From the IMG/VR virus record IMGVR_UViG_3300014000_000001, positions 64,001 through 128,000 of that record: a DNA stretch of 64,000 bases. The stretch is one strand, 5' to 3'. The stretch comes from a virus. Taxonomy: Duplodnaviria > Caudoviricetes. The translations under genes were made by a program, and so were the position numbers. Below, one piece after another: positions 29,430 to 38,852 of this stretch. The notes below the pieces were generated by a model that was given only the letters and a program-made list of their open reading frames with translations, ran no database searches and was not told where the DNA came from. Numbering within the stretch: position 1 is the stretch's first letter; each line of letters starts with the position of its first letter.

Positions 29430-30737
29430 ATGAAACAAATCAAAGATCATATTCAATATATCTTAGAAAATGGAATTTTAAAACCAGGACGCAATGGTAA
29501 GACCGACAGTGGTGATGCATCTTATTCTGTTTTCTCACGTCAACTTCGTTTTAATTTAAGCGAGGGGTTACCTTTTGTTACATCTAAGAAACTCCATGTA
29601 ATTCCGATGTTAAAAGAAATTACATGGATGCTTCGCGGTGAAACCAATGTTAATACTTTAGGTTGTGGTATTTGGGATAAATGGTCAGCATCTAAAGACC
29701 TAGGTGTTCGTCGCCCACGCTCTGAAAAAGAAGTGGTAGAAGATTTAATCAAAGCTGTACCCGAACTTACCAACTATCAAACCACATCCTTGTATTTGTT
29801 CAATTTGATGAAAACTCATTTTAAACAAGACCCAGAAAAAGCGATTGTGGATTTAGATGCTATTACAGATGCCACTATGATCACTGATGAAATCAACAGT
29901 ATGATTGATTGGAATGCAGTAGATCTAGCTATTAATGCTCTTGGGGTAGAAACCACTGAACTTATCGTTTACGTTAAGAAAGGTGAGTGTGGTCCTATAT
30001 ATGGTTCACAATGGCGTAACTTTCAAACTGTTGCACTATCGCAAGGTGTTAAAGGGCTTTATGGTATTGATCAGTTAATGATGTGTTATGACTTATTAAA
30101 CACCTCCCCTGATTCACGACGTATTATCTTCGGTGCATGGAATCCAGGTCTGGTGCCTAAATCAGGACAGAGTATAGACACCAATATTGCGATGGGTAAT
30201 ATGGGTTTACCACCTTGCCATATCATGGCACAGTTTTGGGTAGGCGCAGCTGTTAAAGGTCGTCGTTCCTTACATCTGAATTTACGTATGCGTTCTTCCG
30301 ATACAGGTTTGGGGCTACCATTCAATGTAGGCTCTTACGCTTTAATTGATCACATCTACGCGTTAGAATTCGATATGGATGTTGGTGAATTAGTGGTTGA
30401 CCTAATCGACGCACACATTTACAAAGATCACGTTATTGGTCTACGAGAATACCTAGACCGTCCAGAACACCCGCTTCCTAAATTTGTTTTAACTAAAGAG
30501 CAGTATGAACAACGTAAAACCGATCTCATCAACGCTTACATTGAACGTCAAGTTCCAGATGATGAGGATCGTGAATTCGCTATTCAGCGTCACCGTGAGC
30601 ACTTATTTGCAGACACCGATTCAGCTCGACGTACGCGATTTGAAATCTTACTTAACAACATTGACCACACCTTCTTTGAAGATGCGATTCAAAATTATGT
30701 TCACGAAGACGAAATCAAATTAAATCTTCATGACTGA
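29430..30737 (+). CDS. thyA: Thymidylate synthase with large insertions
   Basis: LPFVTSKK, EITWMLRG, GPIYGSQWR, PDSRR, LPPCH, RSSD.GLGLPFN, DAHIY..H motifs. Confidence 0.95.
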   Translation: MKQIKDHIQYILENGILKPGRNGKTDSGDASYSVFSRQLRFNLSEGLPFVTSKKLHVIPMLKEITWMLRGETNVNTLGCGIWDKWSASKDLGVRRPRSEKEVVEDLIKAVPELTNYQTTSLYLFNLMKTHFKQDPEKAIVDLDAITDATMITDEINSMIDWNAVDLAINALGVETTELIVYVKKGECGPIYGSQWRNFQTVALSQGVKGLYGIDQLMMCYDLLNTSPDSRRIIFGAWNPGLVPKSGQSIDTNIAMGNMGLPPCHIMAQFWVGAAVKGRRSLHLNLRMRSSDTGLGLPFNVGSYALIDHIYALEFDMDVGELVVDLIDAHIYKDHVIGLREYLDRPEHPLPKFVLTKEQYEQRKTDLINAYIERQVPDDEDREFAIQRHREHLFADTDSARRTRFEILLNNIDHTFFEDAIQNYVHEDEIKLNLHD

Positions 30738-30816
30738 TTATAATGATGATCCCCTCGCCCTAGGGCGAGGGATGACTAATCCACTTTATTACCTACCTTA
30801 CGATGAGAGATGTAAC

Positions 30817-31632
30817 ATGTCAGAGATCGAAAACACTCAAGCCCCAGAGATTGATGAAGAAGCTTTGCAAGAAACCAAAGTGATGAAAGGTTTCAAAGCA
30901 TTCACGTATATCGCCGATATTATGCAACGATATCCGTTTAGTTTAAATGAAACCAAAGGTGGTCGTATCTTCGTTGATGATGTTTTGGGTACTAAGCTCC
31001 GTCGCAAAATTATTAAAGGTCAACCTCAGCAAAACTACCTGTTTGAAACGTATAAAACCATTGATAATAACGCAGTTCCAATTGCATCTGTAGAGATCTC
31101 ATCAAACGGCTTCTCTCCATCAATGTTAATTGCTGCAGTGGCTGCCAAAGTGTCCAAAGAAGGTAATCCAAAATATAACTCTTTGGCGGTGATGTTATTG
31201 CAGGCAGCATCAGCTTTATTGCAAGATGGTGAAAAAGCATTAGCAGGTGAAAAACAACTTAACCCAACAGGTGATGCGTTGCGTAAAGAGTATTTCGCTA
31301 ACTTACACGGATTAACAGCACGAGCGAATACCTTCAGTATTTTAACAGATATGTTACAATGGCTTATTCGTGATGACGATGATTTCAATTCTGGGTTTGC
31401 CGATGAGATGGCGTCCCTACAAAAGTTTCGCAGTGTTGAGATGTTAGAATCTGGACAGTTCAATGAAGACGATGTTCAGGAAATCCACAACACCACAAAC
31501 CTATTGTTCACATCAATTGCTAACTTCGCATTTCATCCATCTATGCTTGATATCCAAGCCATGGCTGATGAAATCAAATCAAATATCGGCGATGCCGCAT
31601 TAACGGAACTTTCTGATAATGAACAACAGTAA
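30817..31632 (+). CDS. Hypothetical protein
   Basis: Start at MSEIEN preferred because a palindromic hairpin lies at 30749-30773. Confidence 0.7.
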   Translation: MSEIENTQAPEIDEEALQETKVMKGFKAFTYIADIMQRYPFSLNETKGGRIFVDDVLGTKLRRKIIKGQPQQNYLFETYKTIDNNAVPIASVEISSNGFSPSMLIAAVAAKVSKEGNPKYNSLAVMLLQAASALLQDGEKALAGEKQLNPTGDALRKEYFANLHGLTARANTFSILTDMLQWLIRDDDDFNSGFADEMASLQKFRSVEMLESGQFNEDDVQEIHNTTNLLFTSIANFAFHPSMLDIQAMADEIKSNIGDAALTELSDNEQQ

Positions 31633-32236
31633 AGAGATCTTGACACCTTATAAGGCATTAAAGGCTTTATCGGATTGTTTAGATAAAGCCTTAACAGAAC
31701 TTGATGCAGGTTGTGAGTTCTTTGAAATTGCGATGCTTCCAATGGATGAAGTTCAGGAAGAAACCAATGAAGAGAAAATGGATGAAATTCTAAAAGAAAT
31801 GAAAGGTTATACGCTTATGGCTAACTTTCTTTTAGAACATCCATTAATCAATGTTATTAAGCAGATCCGTGAGGAATCAAAGCTAACTGAAGAAGATACC
31901 ACGCTTTTAGCTCTGAAACACGAAATTGAAGTAGGGCAATTATATCGCCATTATAAAGGTGATGTTTACTTAGTGCGTCAATTAAGTAAAGATGCAGACT
32001 ACCCAATCATCGAGCAGGTCACTTATCAAGCCTTGAAGAACTTGATCGCGCTTGAAGAAAATACAGAAACTAAACCAGAGATTTGGTCATTGCCTGTTTC
32101 TGATTTTTCAAAACGTGTTAAACTAGGTGAACAGATGGTGAATCGTTTCCAACTAATTCCTAAAGAGTTAATTGAAAATGATGCAGAACTCAATCAACGA
32201 TGGCAAGATGTTATGCGTAATCTAATGTCAACATAA
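31619..32236 (+). CDS. DUF1653-like domain protein
   Basis: GQLYRHYKG..Y.V...V.YQAL...W..P...F...V.....V.RF motif. Confidence 0.75.
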   Translation: MNNSKEILTPYKALKALSDCLDKALTELDAGCEFFEIAMLPMDEVQEETNEEKMDEILKEMKGYTLMANFLLEHPLINVIKQIREESKLTEEDTTLLALKHEIEVGQLYRHYKGDVYLVRQLSKDADYPIIEQVTYQALKNLIALEENTETKPEIWSLPVSDFSKRVKLGEQMVNRFQLIPKELIENDAELNQRWQDVMRNLMST

Positions 32237-32305
32237 TTTTAATGGAGGACCCTAGGGTTCTCCATTATTCTTTTTCAACTTAATCAATTTATAGAGGTTT
32301 TAATC

Positions 32306-32638
32306 ATGCAACTTACATCATATCGCACCACTGGTGACGCTGTTAGCCTTTTTGCTGAATTTAGTTCATTTAAAATGAATATCAATCATTTAATGAACCA
32401 AACCAATAACAAAGAACTAGCTCAATGTGTTATTGATTTCTTCAATAATAAAAAGAGTTATCTAACCGCACTTGATGAAATAATTAGTATTTTAAAAGCA
32501 GTTAAACAACAAGCAGCTTTAGAATACGATGAAGTTGTTTTAGCTAAAGTAGCTTTTCTTATTTTAGAAACTACGACTAATCACGATGAAGATGATGATC
32601 AGCTTAAAGAACTTTACACCTTAGCTTTCACACATTGA
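32306..32638 (+). CDS. Hypothetical protein (paralog pair 1/2)
   Basis: AGAGGT RBS. Confidence 0.7.
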   Translation: MQLTSYRTTGDAVSLFAEFSSFKMNINHLMNQTNNKELAQCVIDFFNNKKSYLTALDEIISILKAVKQQAALEYDEVVLAKVAFLILETTTNHDEDDDQLKELYTLAFTH

Positions 32639-32648
32639 GGAATGTCAA

Positions 32649-33023
32649 ATGAGCACTACAATACAATACGACACTACTCTGAAGGCATTTACAATTGCAT
32701 CAAAAATTATCCAAGACAATCCGATTCGTAGTTTGACACATTTACTAGCAGCTAATCGCATTGTGGGTTATTTTCAAAATATCTTTCCTGATTTCAATTT
32801 CGATGACCCTACCTTAATAAAAGTAAATCGAGTAATTATGGATAAAAGATTGCTAGAAATGGATACTGCATTAGATGGAGTAAATGACCTAATATATAAT
32901 GAAATTCTTTTAGCTAAGGTATTAATTTTTCTCTTAAGTGATTACGATACCCATTATTTCGAAGGGGGATATTTTATTTATCCGTTCATTGAAAAACTTT
33001 ATAAGCTAGCATACCGAACATAA
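32649..33023 (+). CDS. Hypothetical protein (paralog pair 2/2)
   Basis: GAGGA RBS; C-terminus resembles that of the previous ORF. Confidence 0.7.
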   Translation: MSTTIQYDTTLKAFTIASKIIQDNPIRSLTHLLAANRIVGYFQNIFPDFNFDDPTLIKVNRVIMDKRLLEMDTALDGVNDLIYNEILLAKVLIFLLSDYDTHYFEGGYFIYPFIEKLYKLAYRT

Positions 33024-33059
33024 ATAAAAAGATCAGGAGCCTAGGCTCCTGATCTTTTG

Positions 33060-33869
33060 TTATAATCCAACCCGAGTAATCATGGATAGATGTTTTTTGC
33101 GCCTTGCTGGATCTGCCATGAACGAAACCTTTTTCCATTTCTCATTGAAGTATTCAGTGTATTGTTCGTACGCATCTTCATACCCTTCAACAATAGATGT
33201 AAATCGATTTAATTGATAACCGCCATCAATCTCTGCTTTATCCATTGTAACAATACGATTTGTCCAAATATAAGCTTTAGTTGCCTTCACACATAACTCA
33301 GCAAAAACATGATAAGCAGTTCGAGATAAAGTTGACATGTTTTCATCATACTCGACCATTACGGTTAAAAATAAGTTATTCGCAACCGTACCAGCACCAA
33401 CGACCATAATAGTGTTCTCACCAATCAGCTCAGTATCAATGGTTCCTGAGATTGTAGGGTTACGCACACTGTTAAGTAATTTATTGGTTGCTAAAGTCAC
33501 ATCACTGACCGCTTGAATGGTACCGTACGGCATCAGATAACCAGAAGATGGTAGATAGGTAGCATTTAAAACTTCAGTGATGGATCGATTTTGAGTATAA
33601 GTTTTTGGAACACGTACAATCATGTTATTGGAATCAATATTCTGACACCAACCAGAAAGTACTGGGATCTTCATCTCATTGGCACCGATGAGATTACAAT
33701 CAGTTAACACGATATCCCGAATCACCTTTTGTCGAATTAAACTATCCAAACTCACCGCTGAACGATAAGCTCTAAAACGATTGTTAGATTCAATAAAAGT
33801 TTTCTCTAAAATTTCTTTTGGAATATTGAGCTTGATTCGATTGATCGCGTGGTCAAGGGGTGTAAGCAT
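33060..33869 (-). CDS. Conserved phiKZ-like core protein
   Basis: 269 aa, AAGGAG RBS; divergent from the early cluster preceding DNA polymerase. Confidence 0.7.
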   Translation of the reverse strand: MLTPLDHAINRIKLNIPKEILEKTFIESNNRFRAYRSAVSLDSLIRQKVIRDIVLTDCNLIGANEMKIPVLSGWCQNIDSNNMIVRVPKTYTQNRSITEVLNATYLPSSGYLMPYGTIQAVSDVTLATNKLLNSVRNPTISGTIDTELIGENTIMVVGAGTVANNLFLTVMVEYDENMSTLSRTAYHVFAELCVKATKAYIWTNRIVTMDKAEIDGGYQLNRFTSIVEGYEDAYEQYTEYFNEKWKKVSFMADPARRKKHLSMITRVGL

Positions 33870-33968
33870 TTTTTACTCCTTTTTTAAATCAAATAGCTAG
33901 GGGTATAGCCTTTAATAAAAAAACACGATATTCGAGCATTTATGAAGAAAAGCGATAAACCATTTTAC

Positions 33969-33989
33969 AAATATACATTATCTAAGTGA
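33969..33989 (+). promoter_or_regulatory. Putative early promoter
   Basis: AAATATACATTATCTAAGTGA. Confidence 0.75.
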
Positions 33990-34010
33990 TATACCCAGAG
34001 GTCATAAAAA

Positions 34011-34358
34011 ATGTTAACCGTCGCTACAGACTTGTTAGAGATTAAGGGTGGGTTTTTATCCACTCCATCTATCACTGGACACTGTTATTTGTCGGAACGA
34101 GATTTTCATAATTGGGTTATGGCTTCAATAGATTTTCTTGGATTATTGGTTGTGGACTTCGATCACATTAGTTACTGGTCTCAAGACTATTACGAGTTTA
34201 GTGAACCAGTGACTAATTATTCACAGATACATGATCTATATCAGCAGTTGGTGATATTGTTAGATTGCCCTCATATTCGTGGACGTGAAGTATTTCGATG
34301 CTTCGGTCAGTTTAAAGGAGATCTACTATGTTTCCACATGGAGTTTTTAAATGATTAA
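34011..34358 (+). CDS. Hypothetical early protein
   Basis: CAGAGGT RBS. Confidence 0.7.
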   Translation: MLTVATDLLEIKGGFLSTPSITGHCYLSERDFHNWVMASIDFLGLLVVDFDHISYWSQDYYEFSEPVTNYSQIHDLYQQLVILLDCPHIRGREVFRCFGQFKGDLLCFHMEFLND

Positions 34359-35292
34359 TGCCACATATTCAATCGACATATTTGAATTGAAAGAAGAATA
34401 TAGTCAGTTCGTACACGAGATATGTAAGAAATACCGAGTGAACTGTCGGGCGACTGAACGTGTGTTTAATGAAACAATTAAGACCCATGTACTTGCATTA
34501 TTGAACGAACGAACTCATATGTTGTTTAATCCGATTTCTGATGACTGGGAAGCAGGTATTTTAGATATCTTATTCTCGAATGAGTTTAGTTTTGCCCAGT
34601 TTTACAATGCCCATTCTGAACGCAATCTACACCCTGACGAAATCGTTTCAGTGATTATTAACCACGACCCATTCCTGAAACAATTAAACACCACCATTCG
34701 TACATTGCTCAAACCATTGTTAAATAAAGTAGATCCCTTGTTTACAATTTGGGAGGTGGAGATTTACCCTGGGGCAATCTGCATTAATGCTGTTGGTGAT
34801 TATCGTATCGAGCAATGGCATGTTGATTACGGGGTATCTAAATCAACCACTCAAGAGACTTATACCTTACAGCTTGATGATCTAGGTTTCTATATCAAAA
34901 AGCTTATTGATTTCCGTAACCAACCCGCTAAAGTCAGAGGTCGACACAAATCAGAAATATTGAATAGTCTTATACAAAGTAGTGTAAGTTATTTTCTTTC
35001 CGATCAATTGCAACATTTAGACAACGCAAACATTTTACTGGAATATTTCGGATATGGTCAATCAACATTAATCCAAATACAACAGTTCTTTAACTTAGAG
35101 TATATGCCTGGTATTGAAAAGTCATCTAACTTCTCAAGCATTAGTCATTATACAGTATTTGAAAATTCATTAGTGATTCACTTTAACCCTAAGGTGAATC
35201 ATAACAACTACCGACAGTTATCTCGTGCCGAACGCGAAGCAATGGTTGCCGAGAATAACATGGATTATATCCCAAAAAGACAGAGGTTTTAA
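34351..35292 (+). CDS. Hypothetical protein
   Basis: 313 aa, GGAG RBS. Confidence 0.7.
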   Translation: MINATYSIDIFELKEEYSQFVHEICKKYRVNCRATERVFNETIKTHVLALLNERTHMLFNPISDDWEAGILDILFSNEFSFAQFYNAHSERNLHPDEIVSVIINHDPFLKQLNTTIRTLLKPLLNKVDPLFTIWEVEIYPGAICINAVGDYRIEQWHVDYGVSKSTTQETYTLQLDDLGFYIKKLIDFRNQPAKVRGRHKSEILNSLIQSSVSYFLSDQLQHLDNANILLEYFGYGQSTLIQIQQFFNLEYMPGIEKSSNFSSISHYTVFENSLVIHFNPKVNHNNYRQLSRAEREAMVAENNMDYIPKRQRF

Positions 35293-35294
35293 AA

Positions 35295-35876
35295 ATGCAA
35301 TCAACGAATATAGATTTAATGGATATAATGGGAGTTAACTCCCATCAGAATGTTTCTGATGAAAACTTGAGCGTGTTATCTGATTCATTAACGATAGTGG
35401 TTGAGGTTGATGATATTCTTGCAATCTTTGGTTCCACATTAGTATTTGCTGATATTAGTAAACAATTGGGAACCATCGATGAATTTTATAAACGCATAGT
35501 GCATCCAACTATAGCTGAACTTTATAACGGCACAGAAGATCAAGCCCGACTGCAAAACATCTACAAAGATGATAACATTGCGAATTTCATTTATGATTCG
35601 CTTGATAGCAAAGCATTCCTTTGGGTTGAAGGCATGTCTGCTAACAATCACATTACTGTACCGAATGAAGAAGTTATTCGTTTAGGTACCTCGATCATTG
35701 AGTTGCTAGTTACACACATTACCACATTGGTTAATGAACGTAATGGACATCATCCATCTACGGATGTGCCACATTCCATCAATATCGGTCAACGTGCTAA
35801 AGCGAGTGCGCTACCGAGTGGGAGAGATCCTCGGTTACTTGAAATCACACTTGAATATTTCTGGGTATATTGCTAA
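35295..35876 (+). CDS. Hypothetical acidic protein
   Basis: ACAGAGGT RBS. Confidence 0.7.
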   Translation: MQSTNIDLMDIMGVNSHQNVSDENLSVLSDSLTIVVEVDDILAIFGSTLVFADISKQLGTIDEFYKRIVHPTIAELYNGTEDQARLQNIYKDDNIANFIYDSLDSKAFLWVEGMSANNHITVPNEEVIRLGTSIIELLVTHITTLVNERNGHHPSTDVPHSINIGQRAKASALPSGRDPRLLEITLEYFWVYC

Positions 35877-36640
35877 TGAAGGACTATCACGGGGACACCT
35901 ATCCACATTTTGTCTGGGTAACCCGTGAGTTCGATTTCGATGTTGTGAAACGTTTGATGGGTATGGAAAGAGAACAGGTCATTGATGCTATTACTTGTTT
36001 TGATGGTTATGTTGAAGTCAATAATCTACACGGATATATTGATGTTTCTGACATCTTAACTGATGCATTTAATATCACATTGGATAGTAATTTCATTTAT
36101 CAAGATGAAGTGATGTTAAATCGAATCAACTGGTGGAGAGACTATTTTGCATTGCTGTGGGACACCGTAAGCTCTAATGAAGATTTAGATGATAATGATG
36201 ATGTAACTTATGCTGACGCAATTACGGACGTTGGTGATTCGGCGCATAAACTCTTGAATATATTAGTTCTAGGTCTAGCTATTCATTTTGATGAAACCGA
36301 GAAGGAATATCTAGCAAATCATGTTGCATGGAAACAGGACATAGAACAATATAGTAGCTATGACCCATACCAAAACTCATATTTACACATGTGTGGAGAT
36401 TTAATCATCTTCCCTTGTTTAATAGGTGAAGACTGTGAAAGTGAAGACCAGCGACAAATACATTCTGTTTATAGGTCTGTCTGCGATAGAAAACTACCCT
36501 CTACTTCACAAAGAGATAGACGCCATCCGCACAGAACTATCGCCCATAATCAATCAGATCATGCAAGATGTTTATCAAAGGAAACTAACCGAGATAGACG
36601 AGGAAAAATTGATCCTTTTGATCGACTCAGAAATTTCTGA
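35876..36640 (+). CDS. Hypothetical acidic protein
   Basis: TAATG coupling with the previous gene; 3' end overlaps the next ORF. Confidence 0.65.
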   Translation: MKDYHGDTYPHFVWVTREFDFDVVKRLMGMEREQVIDAITCFDGYVEVNNLHGYIDVSDILTDAFNITLDSNFIYQDEVMLNRINWWRDYFALLWDTVSSNEDLDDNDDVTYADAITDVGDSAHKLLNILVLGLAIHFDETEKEYLANHVAWKQDIEQYSSYDPYQNSYLHMCGDLIIFPCLIGEDCESEDQRQIHSVYRSVCDRKLPSTSQRDRRHPHRTIAHNQSDHARCLSKETNRDRRGKIDPFDRLRNF

Positions 36641-36875
36641 ACAAACGTGGGTGAATCTAATCGAACATCACGGAGTAGAAGTCCAAACCTGGGTATTAAA
36701 TTCCATCATGGAATATCTTTACCATTTAAAGGATGAGACTTTAAACTTTACCCTCATTCATCAAGCTGAAAAGATAGCATTCCTAGGCAATGCGTCTTTT
36801 AAAATACCAATTCGCTTTTTAGTGAATTTGGATCAACCCAAACTTAACGATATTAATATCGAGGTAGGGATATGA
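36426..36875 (+). CDS. Hypothetical protein
   Basis: TAGGTGA RBS region with GTG start. Confidence 0.6.
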   Translation: MKTVKVKTSDKYILFIGLSAIENYPLLHKEIDAIRTELSPIINQIMQDVYQRKLTEIDEEKLILLIDSEISEQTWVNLIEHHGVEVQTWVLNSIMEYLYHLKDETLNFTLIHQAEKIAFLGNASFKIPIRFLVNLDQPKLNDINIEVGI

Positions 36876-37630
36876 ATATGAGATACTCAACCTCCCACAC
36901 GAGCAGTCGTGTGGGGGTGGACGCATATATGCGGTTCGAGGTTGAACCCGATTCGATCAATTATCCTTATTTTGATGACATTCATCATTTTGTGGATTAC
37001 AGGGAGTTAACAACTCCAGAGGAGGTTTTAGAAAAATATCTTTGGCATGGTCTCAAAATATCCATGCGTGAGATTGCCAATAATCTAGATTTTGATGATC
37101 GAAGTGATCCAGATAATCCGTTTGATCGGCATTGTTTCGGAGAACTAATACGGGTTTCAGCACTTGGTTTGGCGCTAGATTATATAGATGATTTAAATAG
37201 TTGCCCGCCTGAATGGGTGGATTTTATCAGCGAGCTTGATCAGCATGATATACAGCAAGATTTTGAAGATTCGGTAGATTATCTAATTAATTCAGCAGAA
37301 TTTGAAGTAATGTCTTATTTGTTTGGTAAACATTATGAAGAAGAAACAGGTAAAGATGATTCGGATGTTATCGATGATTTTATCATTACCGCCCAAGAGG
37401 TAATATGGTCAATCATCGTTCATTTAAAGAGCGTTATTCCAAATCTCATGGACATTATGGAAATATGTACCTTCACAGATGGTTATCTTACTGGTAAGTG
37501 GGAAAATGATCATTTGGATTTATATTTAATGACTGAGGGAAAACGCCCTTGGCCTGAAAGATTTAATAGAGGTTTTAAAGAAAATGAAATTCGATCAAGA
37601 CACGATAGTCCAAGTCGACGTAGGCGCTGA
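36872..37630 (+). CDS. Hypothetical highly acidic protein
   Basis: GAGGT RBS, 252 aa. Confidence 0.7.
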   Translation: MNMRYSTSHTSSRVGVDAYMRFEVEPDSINYPYFDDIHHFVDYRELTTPEEVLEKYLWHGLKISMREIANNLDFDDRSDPDNPFDRHCFGELIRVSALGLALDYIDDLNSCPPEWVDFISELDQHDIQQDFEDSVDYLINSAEFEVMSYLFGKHYEEETGKDDSDVIDDFIITAQEVIWSIIVHLKSVIPNLMDIMEICTFTDGYLTGKWENDHLDLYLMTEGKRPWPERFNRGFKENEIRSRHDSPSRRRR

Positions 37631-38012
37631 TGTAGATAACTTTATTCATGTTCTTAGTATGTTTGGTTCATCACACTTACAATCTGAAGACATGGAACGT
37701 TATTTTATCGCCAAAGCACTAATGGCGGTTTCAGCACTCACACCAACCGACGCATTAGTGAATTCAGTTCATGATAAGATTCACGATTCCCTACGTCAAG
37801 AGTTTAACAAGGATGACTCAATTAAACAGAAAACCAAAATTATGCAAGAGTGGTTAGTTTTGGTGGATACCTTAAAAGCCTCACTGAATCAATATCTTTA
37901 TGAAGATGGTGGACGAAATCATTTAGTTGTGACATATCGAGATTATCTAGGGAATGGGGTACTTCAACTCATCCTCCACGATGGTCGTGATGATGTCTCA
38001 GAAGAGAGGTAA
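37584..38012 (+). CDS. Hypothetical protein
   Basis: AGAGGT RBS. Confidence 0.7.
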   Translation: MKFDQDTIVQVDVGADVDNFIHVLSMFGSSHLQSEDMERYFIAKALMAVSALTPTDALVNSVHDKIHDSLRQEFNKDDSIKQKTKIMQEWLVLVDTLKASLNQYLYEDGGRNHLVVTYRDYLGNGVLQLILHDGRDDVSEER

Positions 38013-38013
38013 T

Positions 38014-38376
38014 ATGGATGTCTATATTGAATCCCCCGTAACCAATGAATACGTGGAAAATATGACATGTTTATTGGAGAGTGCGATAGCTGTTTCTGAT
38101 GAACAAGCGTGGAATCCTAAACGACTGGCAAGTTCCTTAGTCAATCGTTTAGTGACGGATTTGATTAATCAACAAGATTCTGAGGCAATACAAGATCTAA
38201 AAGATTGCTATAAGGAAGATTTTAATTATCTAAGCATAATTGCCCAAGATATAAGGGATCAGTTGATTGATCACTTTTTATTGATGTCTATCGCGGCTTC
38301 ATCCGTTAAGGTGAAGAAGCTAACTATAACAGGCTCTTTAATTTATTTAAAGGTAGTACCAATTCATGAGTTATGA
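38014..38376 (+). CDS. Hypothetical protein
   Basis: AGAGGT RBS before MDVYIE. Confidence 0.65.
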   Translation: MDVYIESPVTNEYVENMTCLLESAIAVSDEQAWNPKRLASSLVNRLVTDLINQQDSEAIQDLKDCYKEDFNYLSIIAQDIRDQLIDHFLLMSIAASSVKVKKLTITGSLIYLKVVPIHEL

Positions 38377-38767
38377 TCTATTACGTAAACCCAATCAAGT
38401 CATCTCTTTCCAAACCAAGCAATCCCCATACCTACCACTTAAATACACTAACGTAACAACTGAGGGTGTGGTGAGCTATGGGATTGCTTTATCTGTAGAA
38501 GACATTAGTGCTAAGTTCCAGCAAATGGTGACTTACTATCCAGAATTAAGTACTGATCCCACCAAAGCTGATTTCGTGATTATCCGTCATAACTCTGGTG
38601 AGCGAGAAGTATTAGCTTTACAATGGGTGGATGAAGACACAATCCAATCTACTCAACGTGTGAATAAACGTATTGATCTATATGGAGTTGATTCAACAAT
38701 CAATGAACGTTTAATCAAAATGCTAAAACTATTAAATGTTACTGACTTTAAAATCACAGATGTGTGA
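38366..38767 (+). CDS. Conserved phiKZ gp49-like protein
   Basis: 133 aa directly upstream of DNA polymerase; DP....FVII...SGE..VLAL.WVD..TI pattern. Confidence 0.6.
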   Translation: MSYDLLRKPNQVISFQTKQSPYLPLKYTNVTTEGVVSYGIALSVEDISAKFQQMVTYYPELSTDPTKADFVIIRHNSGEREVLALQWVDEDTIQSTQRVNKRIDLYGVDSTINERLIKMLKLLNVTDFKITDV

Positions 38768-38852
38768 TAAATAGCTCCCTTCCAAGACGGAAGGGAGCTA
38801 TTATTTTTTGCTTTTTTACAGTAAGCGCACATGTATGAGATAGGAGTATGAC

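Noticed and set aside
29690-29980. Intein in ThyA
   Set aside because: No C/S N-terminal or HN-C/S/T C-terminal splice motifs
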